This document shows positions 1-7,414 of a stretch of 35,853 bases of DNA, one piece after another. Source of the DNA: a virus. The position numbers were made by a program, and so were the translations under genes. The notes beneath the pieces are model-generated. The model did not search any database, was not told the DNA's origin, and saw only the letters and a program-made list of their open reading frames with translations. Every line of letters starts with the position of its first letter. Positions within the stretch are counted from its first letter, which is position 1. The DNA is taken from the IMG/VR virus record IMGVR_UViG_3300023296_000005; one strand, 5' to 3'.

Positions 1-127
1 GTCATATTGCTATCCGTTACAACCCTGGTGTTATGCTAAACCAGAACTACGGCAACTCACTAAAGGTATCAATCAACGGCTTCTTTGCACCTGGATACCT
101 CGGTGCATTACGGCTCAAGGCTCCTGC
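1..127. repeat. Terminal direct repeat: 1-127 is identical to 35727-35853, the overlap of a circularly closed assembly
   Basis: Base-by-base comparison of the first and last 127 nt of the window. Confidence 0.95.
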
Positions 128-587
128 TACACCAGAAGTTAAAGTCAACGCAATCTACATGGACGTACTAGAACGCCCTGTTGATGCTGGTTCGCTTGCA
201 ATGCGCATGACACAAAGCGAAAGCAAGATACGTTCTGAGCTAAAACAGTCAGACGAATACAAGCGCTTACAAGCCTCTAAAGCCCTTGCAATCAAGAAAG
301 CCCAAAAAGCTCAAGCTATTGAAGCAGAACGTGCTAGAGTGGCTGCTGTAGAAGCACAGAGGCTTGCTGACATGGCTGCTGCGCTTGCAAAGACAGAAGA
401 AGTGGCAAAAGCAAAGCGACTAGCAGAAGCTAAGGCACTTGAGGCACAGAAACTAGCTGACGAAGCCGCTACACAGGCAAAGGTTGAGGCAGACGCTTCT
501 AAAGACCTTGCCACGCAAACCTGGTTCTTGAAACTACTTACCGCCATTTTTACGGCAATAACCAACTTCGTTAAAGGTGTCAAGTAG
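1..587 (+). CDS. Endolysin, 3' portion (continues the CDS that starts at 35453): DUF4214-like segment, Ala/Lys/Glu-rich coiled coil, C-terminal hydrophobic helix
   Basis: Once the 127-nt overlap is removed, ORF 33-587 is in frame with the ORF starting at 35453 (offset 306 nt). YMDVLERPVDAGSL...SDEY resembles DUF4214. The tail is TWFLKLLTAIFTAITNFV. Confidence 0.8.
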   Translation, partial: HIAIRYNPGVMLNQNYGNSLKVSINGFFAPGYLGALRLKAPATPEVKVNAIYMDVLERPVDAGSLAMRMTQSESKIRSELKQSDEYKRLQASKALAIKKAQKAQAIEAERARVAAVEAQRLADMAAALAKTEEVAKAKRLAEAKALEAQKLADEAATQAKVEADASKDLATQTWFLKLLTAIFTAITNFVKGVK

Positions 588-683
588 TATATGAAAAGTT
601 GAAGACAAAAAGACCTTACAAGGTTACAGGTATCAGTATTAAAAGATCTGCACAAGTGGCAGGAACAACGAAAGGCAAATAAG

Positions 684-953
684 ATGAGTAGTAAAATTAT
701 TGAAGCAATCAAAGACATAGACCTTAAAGATTTACTTATTCGTGCGTCCTGGACGTTCGTACAGGCGTTTCTAGCGGTTATACTAATTACATCCGAACAA
801 CTAGTTAATGCAATCTTTGCCGGCGATTGGGCAGGCTTAAAAGTAGCTGCTCTTGCAAGCGTACTTGGTGGTATTGCTGCTGGATTATCAGCGCTTAAAA
901 CACTTGTAATAAGTGTAATTAGCAAAATCAAAGCGAAAAGTGCTATACTATAA
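684..953 (+). CDS. Holin, phage r1t-like family, two predicted TM helices
   Basis: 89 aa. The LIRASWTFVQAFLAVIL...DWAGLKVAALASVLGGIAAGL pattern recalls r1t-type holins. It lies directly after the endolysin. Confidence 0.7.
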   Translation: MSSKIIEAIKDIDLKDLLIRASWTFVQAFLAVILITSEQLVNAIFAGDWAGLKVAALASVLGGIAAGLSALKTLVISVISKIKAKSAIL

Positions 954-958
954 GCATT

Positions 959-1276
959 ATGGAAGACACATTCATGGAGAAAGTTTCAACAGAAGAACTC
1001 AACAGGATCTCACAAGAGGCTGCTGAACTTCAGGCTGAGTACAGCATACGGCGCATTATTGTTAATCGTGAGCTTGCTCGTAGAGCAGCAATGATTGAGA
1101 TTATAGCACCAGAACAAGAAATCAAATCAGCACCGATCTACCCACCATCTAACCCACCGGTACACAACCACGGCTCAGAAGAAGGCAGGGGACTAGAGTG
1201 CGGCGAAAGAATCGTAGAGAACAAATTGCGAGGCTGGTGCATGGACGGCGTTACAGAGCCAAGAGGCAGTAAGTAA
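959..1276 (+). CDS. Hypothetical protein (start may be the ATG at 974)
   Basis: 105-aa ORF packed between neighbouring + strand genes. Confidence 0.6.
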   Translation: MEDTFMEKVSTEELNRISQEAAELQAEYSIRRIIVNRELARRAAMIEIIAPEQEIKSAPIYPPSNPPVHNHGSEEGRGLECGERIVENKLRGWCMDGVTEPRGSK

Positions 1277-1277
1277 C

Positions 1278-1685
1278 ATGAAAGAGGCATATCCAGTAGA
1301 CAACGCTGGTATGCCGCTACGCATAGACGAATTAGACTTACGCCCATCACGACTACAGCCAATCCGCACTAACCAATCAGAACACCATTACTTTCACAGT
1401 GAGGCAGACTACACTGACCTTTTGATACCCTACACATTACGCAACCTACGGGGCGAACAAGTACGCATGCAGAACGACCAACACAACCTTGGTAGGGCTG
1501 CACTCCACCACATATTTGACGCACCACCTAAGCCCAGTCTTGAACAGATGATGGACAGATTAGACATCGCCAAACAAAACGAGGAACAGATGCGAATACG
1601 GGCAGACGGCAGGTGGATACTCCAAAGAATATCTAACATCCACTGGTTGCAGATTGACCAAGAATATAACAGGGAGAAAGACTAA
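1278..1685 (+). CDS. Hypothetical protein
   Basis: 135-aa ORF. AAGAGG lies upstream, and the start is 2 nt after the previous stop. Confidence 0.7.
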   Translation: MKEAYPVDNAGMPLRIDELDLRPSRLQPIRTNQSEHHYFHSEADYTDLLIPYTLRNLRGEQVRMQNDQHNLGRAALHHIFDAPPKPSLEQMMDRLDIAKQNEEQMRIRADGRWILQRISNIHWLQIDQEYNREKD

Positions 1686-1686
1686 C

Positions 1687-2910
1687 ATGAAGAAGTTTTG
1701 GAAAGACGACCACTTAGACAATCTAATTATGGAACCGCTTGCAAATCTTGTAATAATGTACCCACACTTGAAACGAGAAAGCCTACGACGAAAAAAAATA
1801 ATGTACAAAGCAAAGGAACGCAATATGGAACGAGAGCCAACAAAGAGAGTGCTAAAAAAAGAGTGGGAAGTCTCGGCTTTTGACCGTGAAGCAAACGAGT
1901 GGACAACCACCATTAACCACGGCTACGAACACGAAAAGAACCCCGAAGATATAGCAGAAGTCTACAAACCCGTTGAAGCCGCTAAGATAAGCCCTACACG
2001 CCGCAAAGCCATACAGCGACTTGGCAAACGAGTCCTTATATACGGCGATGGTCAAGTTGGCTACAGGCGACGTATAGATGCCGTTACAGACGAACAAGAA
2101 CTAATCCCCACCCATAACATACCTATGCACAACATACTTCAACAGGTAAACGCTGTACATATGCCAGAGACAACCGTCAACCTCGGTGACTTTGCCGACT
2201 TCCCAGAGCTATCACGCTTTGACCCTGACTCTGACCACTTCCACAAGACTCTAGGTATGAGTATGCGCTACATCCACGACTTCTACGCACAGTTTGTTGC
2301 CGACAACCCTAAAGGGCATCACGTTGAGGTTGATTCTAACCACGCCATACGACCACGCAGACAGATACTTAAAAACATACCAGCCCTGTACGACTTTGTA
2401 CGCCCTGGCGAAGAAGACCCAAGTGCTATGCTTACCTACTACTACCTTGCTAATCTTGGCAAGCTAGGCATTGACTTCAAGTCAGGCTACGGTGGAGCAG
2501 AGTACGTGTACGGCACTGAGTACGACGCAGCACCCGTTATCTTCAAACACGGCAACCACTCGTCATCAGCCCCAGGCACAACAGTACGCAAGGAGTCACT
2601 ACAGAACCCCGAAGTACACGTTTTAAGAGGTCACGGACACAACGACGAGGAAATACGAGTTACCCGTCGTGATGGCTCAGTTCTTATATACAAGCAGTTC
2701 GGTAGCAGTTGCCTGAACGATGGACCTACACCTGGCTATGCTAACTCAATTGATGACGAAAACCGACCAGTTAAATATCACAACCAGAACCACCAGAACA
2801 CCTTTGGTATGCTTGACGATCACGAAGATGGAACGTACACGCTACACACCATTGATGTCGTAAACGGTAAAGCAAGGTTTGAGGGCAAAGAATATAATGG
2901 AAACATCTGA
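1687..2910 (+). CDS. Divergent calcineurin-like metallophosphoesterase-fold protein (tentative)
   Basis: The ATG at 1687 is preceded by GGGAGA, so I prefer it to the track start at 1654. Motif series: IYGDGQVG, LGDFADF, SNHA, KHGNHS, RGHGHND. Confidence 0.45.
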   Translation: MKKFWKDDHLDNLIMEPLANLVIMYPHLKRESLRRKKIMYKAKERNMEREPTKRVLKKEWEVSAFDREANEWTTTINHGYEHEKNPEDIAEVYKPVEAAKISPTRRKAIQRLGKRVLIYGDGQVGYRRRIDAVTDEQELIPTHNIPMHNILQQVNAVHMPETTVNLGDFADFPELSRFDPDSDHFHKTLGMSMRYIHDFYAQFVADNPKGHHVEVDSNHAIRPRRQILKNIPALYDFVRPGEEDPSAMLTYYYLANLGKLGIDFKSGYGGAEYVYGTEYDAAPVIFKHGNHSSSAPGTTVRKESLQNPEVHVLRGHGHNDEEIRVTRRDGSVLIYKQFGSSCLNDGPTPGYANSIDDENRPVKYHNQNHQNTFGMLDDHEDGTYTLHTIDVVNGKARFEGKEYNGNI

Positions 2911-3121
2911 ACCAACTGATTACAATATAAACGAACACGACCACGTTAACTGGCCAGATGAAAAGCTGGATAGGGAACTTGCAACATGCGACCTATTGCT
3001 AGACCGCTGGCAGGTATCAGAAGAACGACGCAAGCAGATAGGGCTTAGGGCTTTACTTGCCCGTGAGGAGTCCATACACCGCTATGCAGAGCGTTATCAG
3101 GATAAACACGAAAATGAGTGA
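2897..3121 (+). CDS. Hypothetical protein
   Basis: In-frame ATG at 2897 overlaps the upstream stop. About 74 aa. Confidence 0.55.
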   Translation: METSEPTDYNINEHDHVNWPDEKLDRELATCDLLLDRWQVSEERRKQIGLRALLAREESIHRYAERYQDKHENE

Positions 3122-3124
3122 ACG

Positions 3125-3133
3125 TGGTATAAT
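3125..3133 (+). promoter_or_regulatory. Extended -10 promoter element TGgTATAAT upstream of the methyltransferase
   Basis: TGGTATAAT is followed by the leader CATACAAAAGGGGA and the ATG at 3157. Confidence 0.45.
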
Positions 3134-3156
3134 GCTTACATACAAAAGGGGATTAT

Positions 3157-4995
3157 ATGATAATTAACGGCGACAGTATGGAAGTATTAAAAACACTGGA
3201 CGAAAACTCGGTAGACTCAATTGTTACCGATCCGCCCTATGGTTTATCATTTATGGGTAAAGCCTGGGATCACTCAGTACCTAGTGCTGAATTGTGGCAA
3301 GAAGCCCTTAGGGTGTTAAAGCCTGGTGGCTATCTACTAGCATTCGCAGGAACTCGCACCCAACACCGTATGGCTGTAAACATAGAGGACGCAGGCTTTG
3401 AGATAAGAGACATGATAGCTTGGGTGTATGGTTGTCTAAGCGAAGATACCGAAATACTAACTAAGGACGGGTGGAAACTGTACCATAAAAACATATTATC
3501 TGATAGCGTACTATGCTATAATATAGACAATGACACCTACGAATACAACCAACCAACTAAAAAATACTGGTACAGAAACGAACATACCGCCTACAGCATT
3601 AAGTCAGATACTACAGACCAAATCGTCAGTAGAAACCATCGTGTTATTGTTGAACGAAACGGAAGAAAAGAGTTTGCCTACGCCGAAACACTGGAACGCC
3701 AAGAGGGTGTACCCGTACTGGAAAGCCTGTCTAGTTTGCCAGACACCATTTATGACGTACACCAAAGAGCAAGCACAACGAAACAAGACTTGCTCAACCG
3801 AGTGTGCGAACAAGATGATAGGCAAAGCCAACAGTGGGAAGAAGCAGACAAAACAGAAGTGTCCAGTCTGCGAGCAGATGTTCTATCCAGCGAGCCAGAG
3901 CAAGAACAAGCCAAGAATAAACTGCTCAAGTATATGCAACGGTTACTTACGTGGCAAAGAGTGGGGTACACACGCCTACAAGGGCAGAGCCAACTGGACA
4001 CCAGAGAGCGAACTAGCACTCAAGCAACGAATGACGGGCGAAACGAATCCAAGCTGGAAGGGTGGAGTTACCTATCGCAACCGCAAGGGCAAATACGCCG
4101 AGCAAGCGATAAAATACGTCAGATGTCCAAAAGATTATTTAGCTATGGCGAGGACAGACGGCTATGTTATGGAACACCGACTATTAGTAGCTATGCAGAT
4201 GCAACGACCACTTACGAGAGCCGAGTGCGTACATCACATCAATCACGACGCAACGGACAACAGAATAGAGAACTTAATGCTATTCAAGACCAACGGGGAA
4301 CACAAGAGATACGAGTGGGGTCAAGCCATAGTACCACTTTGGCAACCGTAACACCAATTGAGTATAACGGTCATGTCTGGTGCGTTGAAGTGCCAACGGG
4401 TGCATTTGTAGCAAGGCGTAACGGTAAGGTATTTATTACAGGCAACTCAGGCTTCCCTAAAAGCCATAATATAGGCAAGGCTGTGGATAAGATGCAGGGT
4501 AATGAGAGGGAAGTAAGTGGTACTGGTACTGCTGGTGCTGGATTCAACAAGGTTAAAGGATTTGGTCAGAACACTACAAAAGGGGGAGAAGCTACTACTG
4601 AGTGGGATGAAACCAAAGGCACATCACCCCACGAAGGCTGGGGCACTGCACTTAAGCCTGCACTAGAACCTATAACAGTAGCTCGTAAACCATTCAAAGG
4701 TACAGTAGCAAACAACGTACTAGAGTGGGGTACAGGTGGTATCAATATAGATGGTTCGAGGGTAGGGACAGATATAATGCCAGCCGTAGAGATTAAACAT
4801 AGTTATGGTAATGGGAGCGATAATCATTTCGGCGGTGGAAAACCCAGAGGCAAAGTAACAACAACCCAAGAAGCACAAGGCAGATTCCCTGCTAACCTAA
4901 TACTGTCGTATCCAGAAGACGAGTACACACTAAAGGACAACGTAGCTCCTGATGAACTAAGAAAACTAGCGGAGTATTTAGATGCGAACGCCTAA
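3157..4995 (+). CDS. N6/N4 DNA methyltransferase, N-terminal gene fragment, containing an intein
   Basis: DPPYG catalytic motif. WVYG / SGFPKS is interrupted by a Hint element. Downstream motifs: ALKPALEPITVARKP, GGINIDGSRVG, GRFPANLIL. Confidence 0.85.
   Translation: MIINGDSMEVLKTLDENSVDSIVTDPPYGLSFMGKAWDHSVPSAELWQEALRVLKPGGYLLAFAGTRTQHRMAVNIEDAGFEIRDMIAWVYGCLSEDTEILTKDGWKLYHKNILSDSVLCYNIDNDTYEYNQPTKKYWYRNEHTAYSIKSDTTDQIVSRNHRVIVERNGRKEFAYAETLERQEGVPVLESLSSLPDTIYDVHQRASTTKQDLLNRVCEQDDRQSQQWEEADKTEVSSLRADVLSSEPEQEQAKNKLLKYMQRLLTWQRVGYTRLQGQSQLDTRERTSTQATNDGRNESKLEGWSYLSQPQGQIRRASDKIRQMSKRLFSYGEDRRLCYGTPTISSYADATTTYESRVRTSHQSRRNGQQNRELNAIQDQRGTQEIRVGSSHSTTLATVTPIEYNGHVWCVEVPTGAFVARRNGKVFITGNSGFPKSHNIGKAVDKMQGNEREVSGTGTAGAGFNKVKGFGQNTTKGGEATTEWDETKGTSPHEGWGTALKPALEPITVARKPFKGTVANNVLEWGTGGINIDGSRVGTDIMPAVEIKHSYGNGSDNHFGGGKPRGKVTTTQEAQGRFPANLILSYPEDEYTLKDNVAPDELRKLAEYLDANA
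3433..4446 (+). mobile_element. Intein (338 codons) inserted between WVYG and SGFPKS
   Basis: Starts CLSEDTEILTKDGW. Has a block-B-like VSRNHRVIV. Ends HVWCVEVPTGAFVARRNGKVFITGN with Ser at +1. Excision restores a contiguous conserved motif. Confidence 0.8.
3530..4351 (+). CDS. HNH homing endonuclease in the +1 frame inside the intein (true start uncertain; a GTG at 3707 is possible)
   Basis: Two CxxC...CSxxC zinc ribbons, NPSWKGG, and HHINHDATDNRIENL. The stop falls at the start of the C-terminal Hint block. Confidence 0.75.
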   Translation: MTPTNTTNQLKNTGTETNIPPTALSQILQTKSSVETIVLLLNETEEKSLPTPKHWNAKRVYPYWKACLVCQTPFMTYTKEQAQRNKTCSTECANKMIGKANSGKKQTKQKCPVCEQMFYPASQSKNKPRINCSSICNGYLRGKEWGTHAYKGRANWTPESELALKQRMTGETNPSWKGGVTYRNRKGKYAEQAIKYVRCPKDYLAMARTDGYVMEHRLLVAMQMQRPLTRAECVHHINHDATDNRIENLMLFKTNGEHKRYEWGQAIVPLWQP

Positions 4996-5575
4996 TACTA
5001 ATTGCGACGTGTGTAATGCCGAGTTATACAGGCGACCAGGCGACCAAGCTAAGTTTAATTCAGTTTGCTGTAGGGGTTGTCGGTCAGAGCTATACAAGAA
5101 CAGAGAGCCATCACCCAACCTATTACTTGGCAGAGTTAAGGGCAATAACCATTTAACTGGTATTCCTAAAACAGAATTACACCGCAACAAGATGAAAAAG
5201 ATAATGAGTGAATGGTGTTCTAACAACACAGATAAGGTAGCCGAAAGAGCAAAGAAAACACGCATGGAAAACCACTATCTATGGAATGGTGGCTCAACTA
5301 TACTAAACCAAAAAATACGCAGAATGATAAATATGCGAAACTGGCAAAAAAGTGTCAAAAAAAGAGATGGCTATGTTTGTTTGTGCGGCTCTACCGAGAA
5401 CCTTGAAGCCGACCATATAGTAGAACTTAGAACACTATTGGTTGAACATAATATAAAATCAACCGAAGAAGCTAGGGCCTGTGTGGAGCTATGGGATATA
5501 TCAAACGGACAGACACTATGCCGTAAATGCCACTATGCCAAAGACGGTAGACAATTTAGAAAGGTAACCGCATGA
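4982..5575 (+). CDS. Free-standing HNH endonuclease that splits the methyltransferase gene
   Basis: CDVC...CCRGC ribbon. CLCGSTENLEADHIVE...NGQTLCRKCHYAK HNH motif. The start overlaps the upstream stop by 14 nt, and the stop overlaps the downstream ATG (ATGA). Confidence 0.85.
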   Translation: MRTPNTNCDVCNAELYRRPGDQAKFNSVCCRGCRSELYKNREPSPNLLLGRVKGNNHLTGIPKTELHRNKMKKIMSEWCSNNTDKVAERAKKTRMENHYLWNGGSTILNQKIRRMINMRNWQKSVKKRDGYVCLCGSTENLEADHIVELRTLLVEHNIKSTEEARACVELWDISNGQTLCRKCHYAKDGRQFRKVTA

Positions 5576-6504
5576 ACATCGACAAGACAACATTTGATAA
5601 ACTGCCAGATGAAATAAAGAGGCTATTTGTTAAAGCGCCCAATCCTGGTAGTGATGAGGTAGTAGGGTTGTTTCCTGATACTAAGACAAACTCAACGGGC
5701 AAGAATAGCCCATCAGATTATAATACTAAAAGTGTTTTTGGTGCTGGAACGGGTAGTGGTGCTAAGCCTTACGGTGGCGACTCTGGCTCTGCTGCTCGCT
5801 TTTTTTATTGTGCGAAAAGTTCAAAAGCAGAACGCAATAAAGGGCTTAACAGGCTTAACTGTGCTATAATAGATATATGCAAAGACGAAAATACGGAACA
5901 GGTCACATCACTCCTAAGGGATATATTAGAATCAATACCCAATTTGAACATAGACGAGTCTGGATTGAGGCTAACGGTGCAATACCCAAAGGATACTATG
6001 TCCACCATATTAACCACGATAAATCAGATAACCGACTTGAAAACCTACAGCTTGTTGATGCAATCACCCACAAGAGAATCCATGAAGGATGTATTGTCAA
6101 AGATGATGAATGGCTTAAGCCCTGTGGAGTCTGTAAAGAGTTTAAGCGAATTGACGATGACAACTGGTACTTCTCAAGAGAAGGGTGGATTAGCTACGGA
6201 AGATGTAAGAAATGCCATGTATCAAAGGTTGTTGAAGCTAAAAGACGAAAGCGAATGGAAGCCAAGAACCTCGACACATCCAACGGTTAAGCCAGTCCGC
6301 CTGATGCAATACCTAGTCAAGCTAGTAACACCAGTGGGCGGTATTGTCCTCGATCCATTTAACGGCTCAGGCACTACAGGCATAGCTTGTAAGCTCGAGG
6401 GCTTTGAATACGTGGGTATTGAGCTAGACCCAGAATACTGCACCCTATCAGAGGCTCGTATAGAGGCATGGGCAATAGAAGCAGAACAGGTAAGTATGCT
6501 ATGA
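5572..6504 (+). CDS. N6/N4 DNA methyltransferase, C-terminal gene fragment, with an inserted segment of about 140 aa
   Basis: GSDEVVGLFP, GDSGSAARFFYCAKSSKAERNKG, HPTVKPVRLMQYLVKLVTP, and VLDPFNGSGTTGIA (SAM-binding motif). Confidence 0.85.
   Translation: MNIDKTTFDKLPDEIKRLFVKAPNPGSDEVVGLFPDTKTNSTGKNSPSDYNTKSVFGAGTGSGAKPYGGDSGSAARFFYCAKSSKAERNKGLNRLNCAIIDICKDENTEQVTSLLRDILESIPNLNIDESGLRLTVQYPKDTMSTILTTINQITDLKTYSLLMQSPTRESMKDVLSKMMNGLSPVESVKSLSELTMTTGTSQEKGGLATEDVRNAMYQRLLKLKDESEWKPRTSTHPTVKPVRLMQYLVKLVTPVGGIVLDPFNGSGTTGIACKLEGFEYVGIELDPEYCTLSEARIEAWAIEAEQVSML
5877..6290 (+). CDS. HNH homing endonuclease (HNH_3-like) in an alternate frame inside the methyltransferase C-fragment
   Basis: GYIRI...EHRRVWIEANGAIPKGYYVHHINHDKSDNRLENL plus a CGVC...CKKCH ribbon. 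The stop lies within the host HPTVKP codons. Confidence 0.8.
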   Translation: MQRRKYGTGHITPKGYIRINTQFEHRRVWIEANGAIPKGYYVHHINHDKSDNRLENLQLVDAITHKRIHEGCIVKDDEWLKPCGVCKEFKRIDDDNWYFSREGWISYGRCKKCHVSKVVEAKRRKRMEAKNLDTSNG

Positions 6505-6842
6505 GTGAAGAAGACCCAACTATACGCATGAGCATAGGCTCTCACGAGTTTGACCTTAAACGTACTAACTCTGAAATATTCCACTTTATGGGTGCGCTGG
6601 CAGTGTACAATCACCTGTTTATTCTTGAAGATGAAACAGAAGATGTCAAAACAGGCAGGTTCATACCGCAAGAGCTAATAGGCAAAGAACCGTTCGACCA
6701 GGTTATGGGGCTAATGATAGAAAACGGCTACCCTGTACGCCTTAATCAACTTGAGGTTTCAGAAACAGACGCAGCAAACATTGAGCGAATACTTAAAGGC
6801 AACGACGCAGACGAAATACCCAACTGGTTGCCAGAGGTTTAG
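6501..6842 (+). CDS. Hypothetical protein
   Basis: The ATG at 6501 overlaps the methyltransferase stop (ATGA). 113 aa. Confidence 0.7.
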   Translation: MSEEDPTIRMSIGSHEFDLKRTNSEIFHFMGALAVYNHLFILEDETEDVKTGRFIPQELIGKEPFDQVMGLMIENGYPVRLNQLEVSETDAANIERILKGNDADEIPNWLPEV

Positions 6843-6844
6843 CG

Positions 6845-6853
6845 TGCTACAAT
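6845..6853 (+). promoter_or_regulatory. Extended -10-like element TGcTACAAT
   Basis: Sequence match only. Lies directly after the stop at 6842. Confidence 0.3.
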
Positions 6854-6952
6854 AAACACAACTGGATTAGTCACCAGGCGTTACTGTACGAGCTTTGACC
6901 GTGAAGCCCTGACTACAATAGCGTAAGATACAATTGACCACTGGCTTACGGT

Positions 6953-6990
6953 AAGGAAGCGTCTCTCCACGGGCGCTTTCTTTCTATTCT
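6953..6990 (+). terminator. Candidate intrinsic terminator
   Basis: An imperfect stem of about 12 bp (6953-6964 / 6971-6982, three G-U pairs) followed by a T-rich tract. Confidence 0.4.
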
Positions 6991-7046
6991 GTTTATAATT
7001 ATTTTTTGGTACTTTAAGTAGACCTCCTTTTCCGACTGTAAGCAGC

Positions 7047-7271
7047 GGGGAGTTAAGTATTAAAGCATTCCCTGAGTAAAGGTTGCAGTTCGGTTGTTCA
7101 GGGATAGCTTCATTAGCAACTCCCCTTATTAAACTTGTTAGTATATTAAGGTATTAAAGGCATGGTGTTAGTAGCAAGATGTTAAGTACCTATGCCGTCA
7201 TCAATCAGGCTTGTCCTCGTATCTTACTTTTGAGGCTTTAGGGCTTACTACCAACACTACTACCTTTAATA
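7047..7271 (+). ncRNA. Candidate structured non-coding RNA (two nested-helix domains)
   Basis: Pairings: GGGGAGTT 7047-7054 with AACTCCCC 7128-7135; inner 7069-7076 with 7097-7104; TATTAAAGG 7152-7160 with CCTTTAATA 7263-7271; 7163-7174 with 7248-7259. No ORF. Confidence 0.3.
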
Positions 7272-7414
7272 TGAACTAATTGTTAAGGTACACGATGTTT
7301 TACTTTCATCAGTACAAAGCAGACTTTACGATAGTCTAAAACGTTGAGCAAGATATCCACTTCTTTGTTTATACTCGCTCAGTGACCTACCTTGTCAAAA
7401 GCTCCCCACGAGTG

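Noticed and set aside
311-931. 206-aa ORF on the minus strand
   Set aside because: It is antisense to the endolysin coiled coil and the holin. Its Ala/Ser-rich sequence is the mirror of the Ala/Lys/Glu-rich sense frame. It has no RBS, and every supported gene is on the + strand.
1654-1686. Upstream starts proposed by the ORF track (1654, 6468, 13536, 15600, 19544, 20527, 24894)
   Set aside because: In each case a downstream in-frame ATG has a better RBS or an ATGA/TAATG overlap with the preceding stop, and the extra N-terminal residues overlap the upstream gene.
4982-5575. A group I intron carrying the HNH ORF, as an explanation for the split methylase
   Set aside because: Only about 150 nt outside the ORF separate the conserved exon blocks, which is too little for an intron core. 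In addition, the flanks are coding, with start/stop overlaps that suggest coupling. RT-PCR would still be needed to exclude splicing.
5850-6290. A second intein in the methylase C-fragment
   Set aside because: The host-frame insert lacks Hint hallmarks. It has no block A/B pattern and no terminal HN or Asn followed by Cys/Ser/Thr at a plausible junction.
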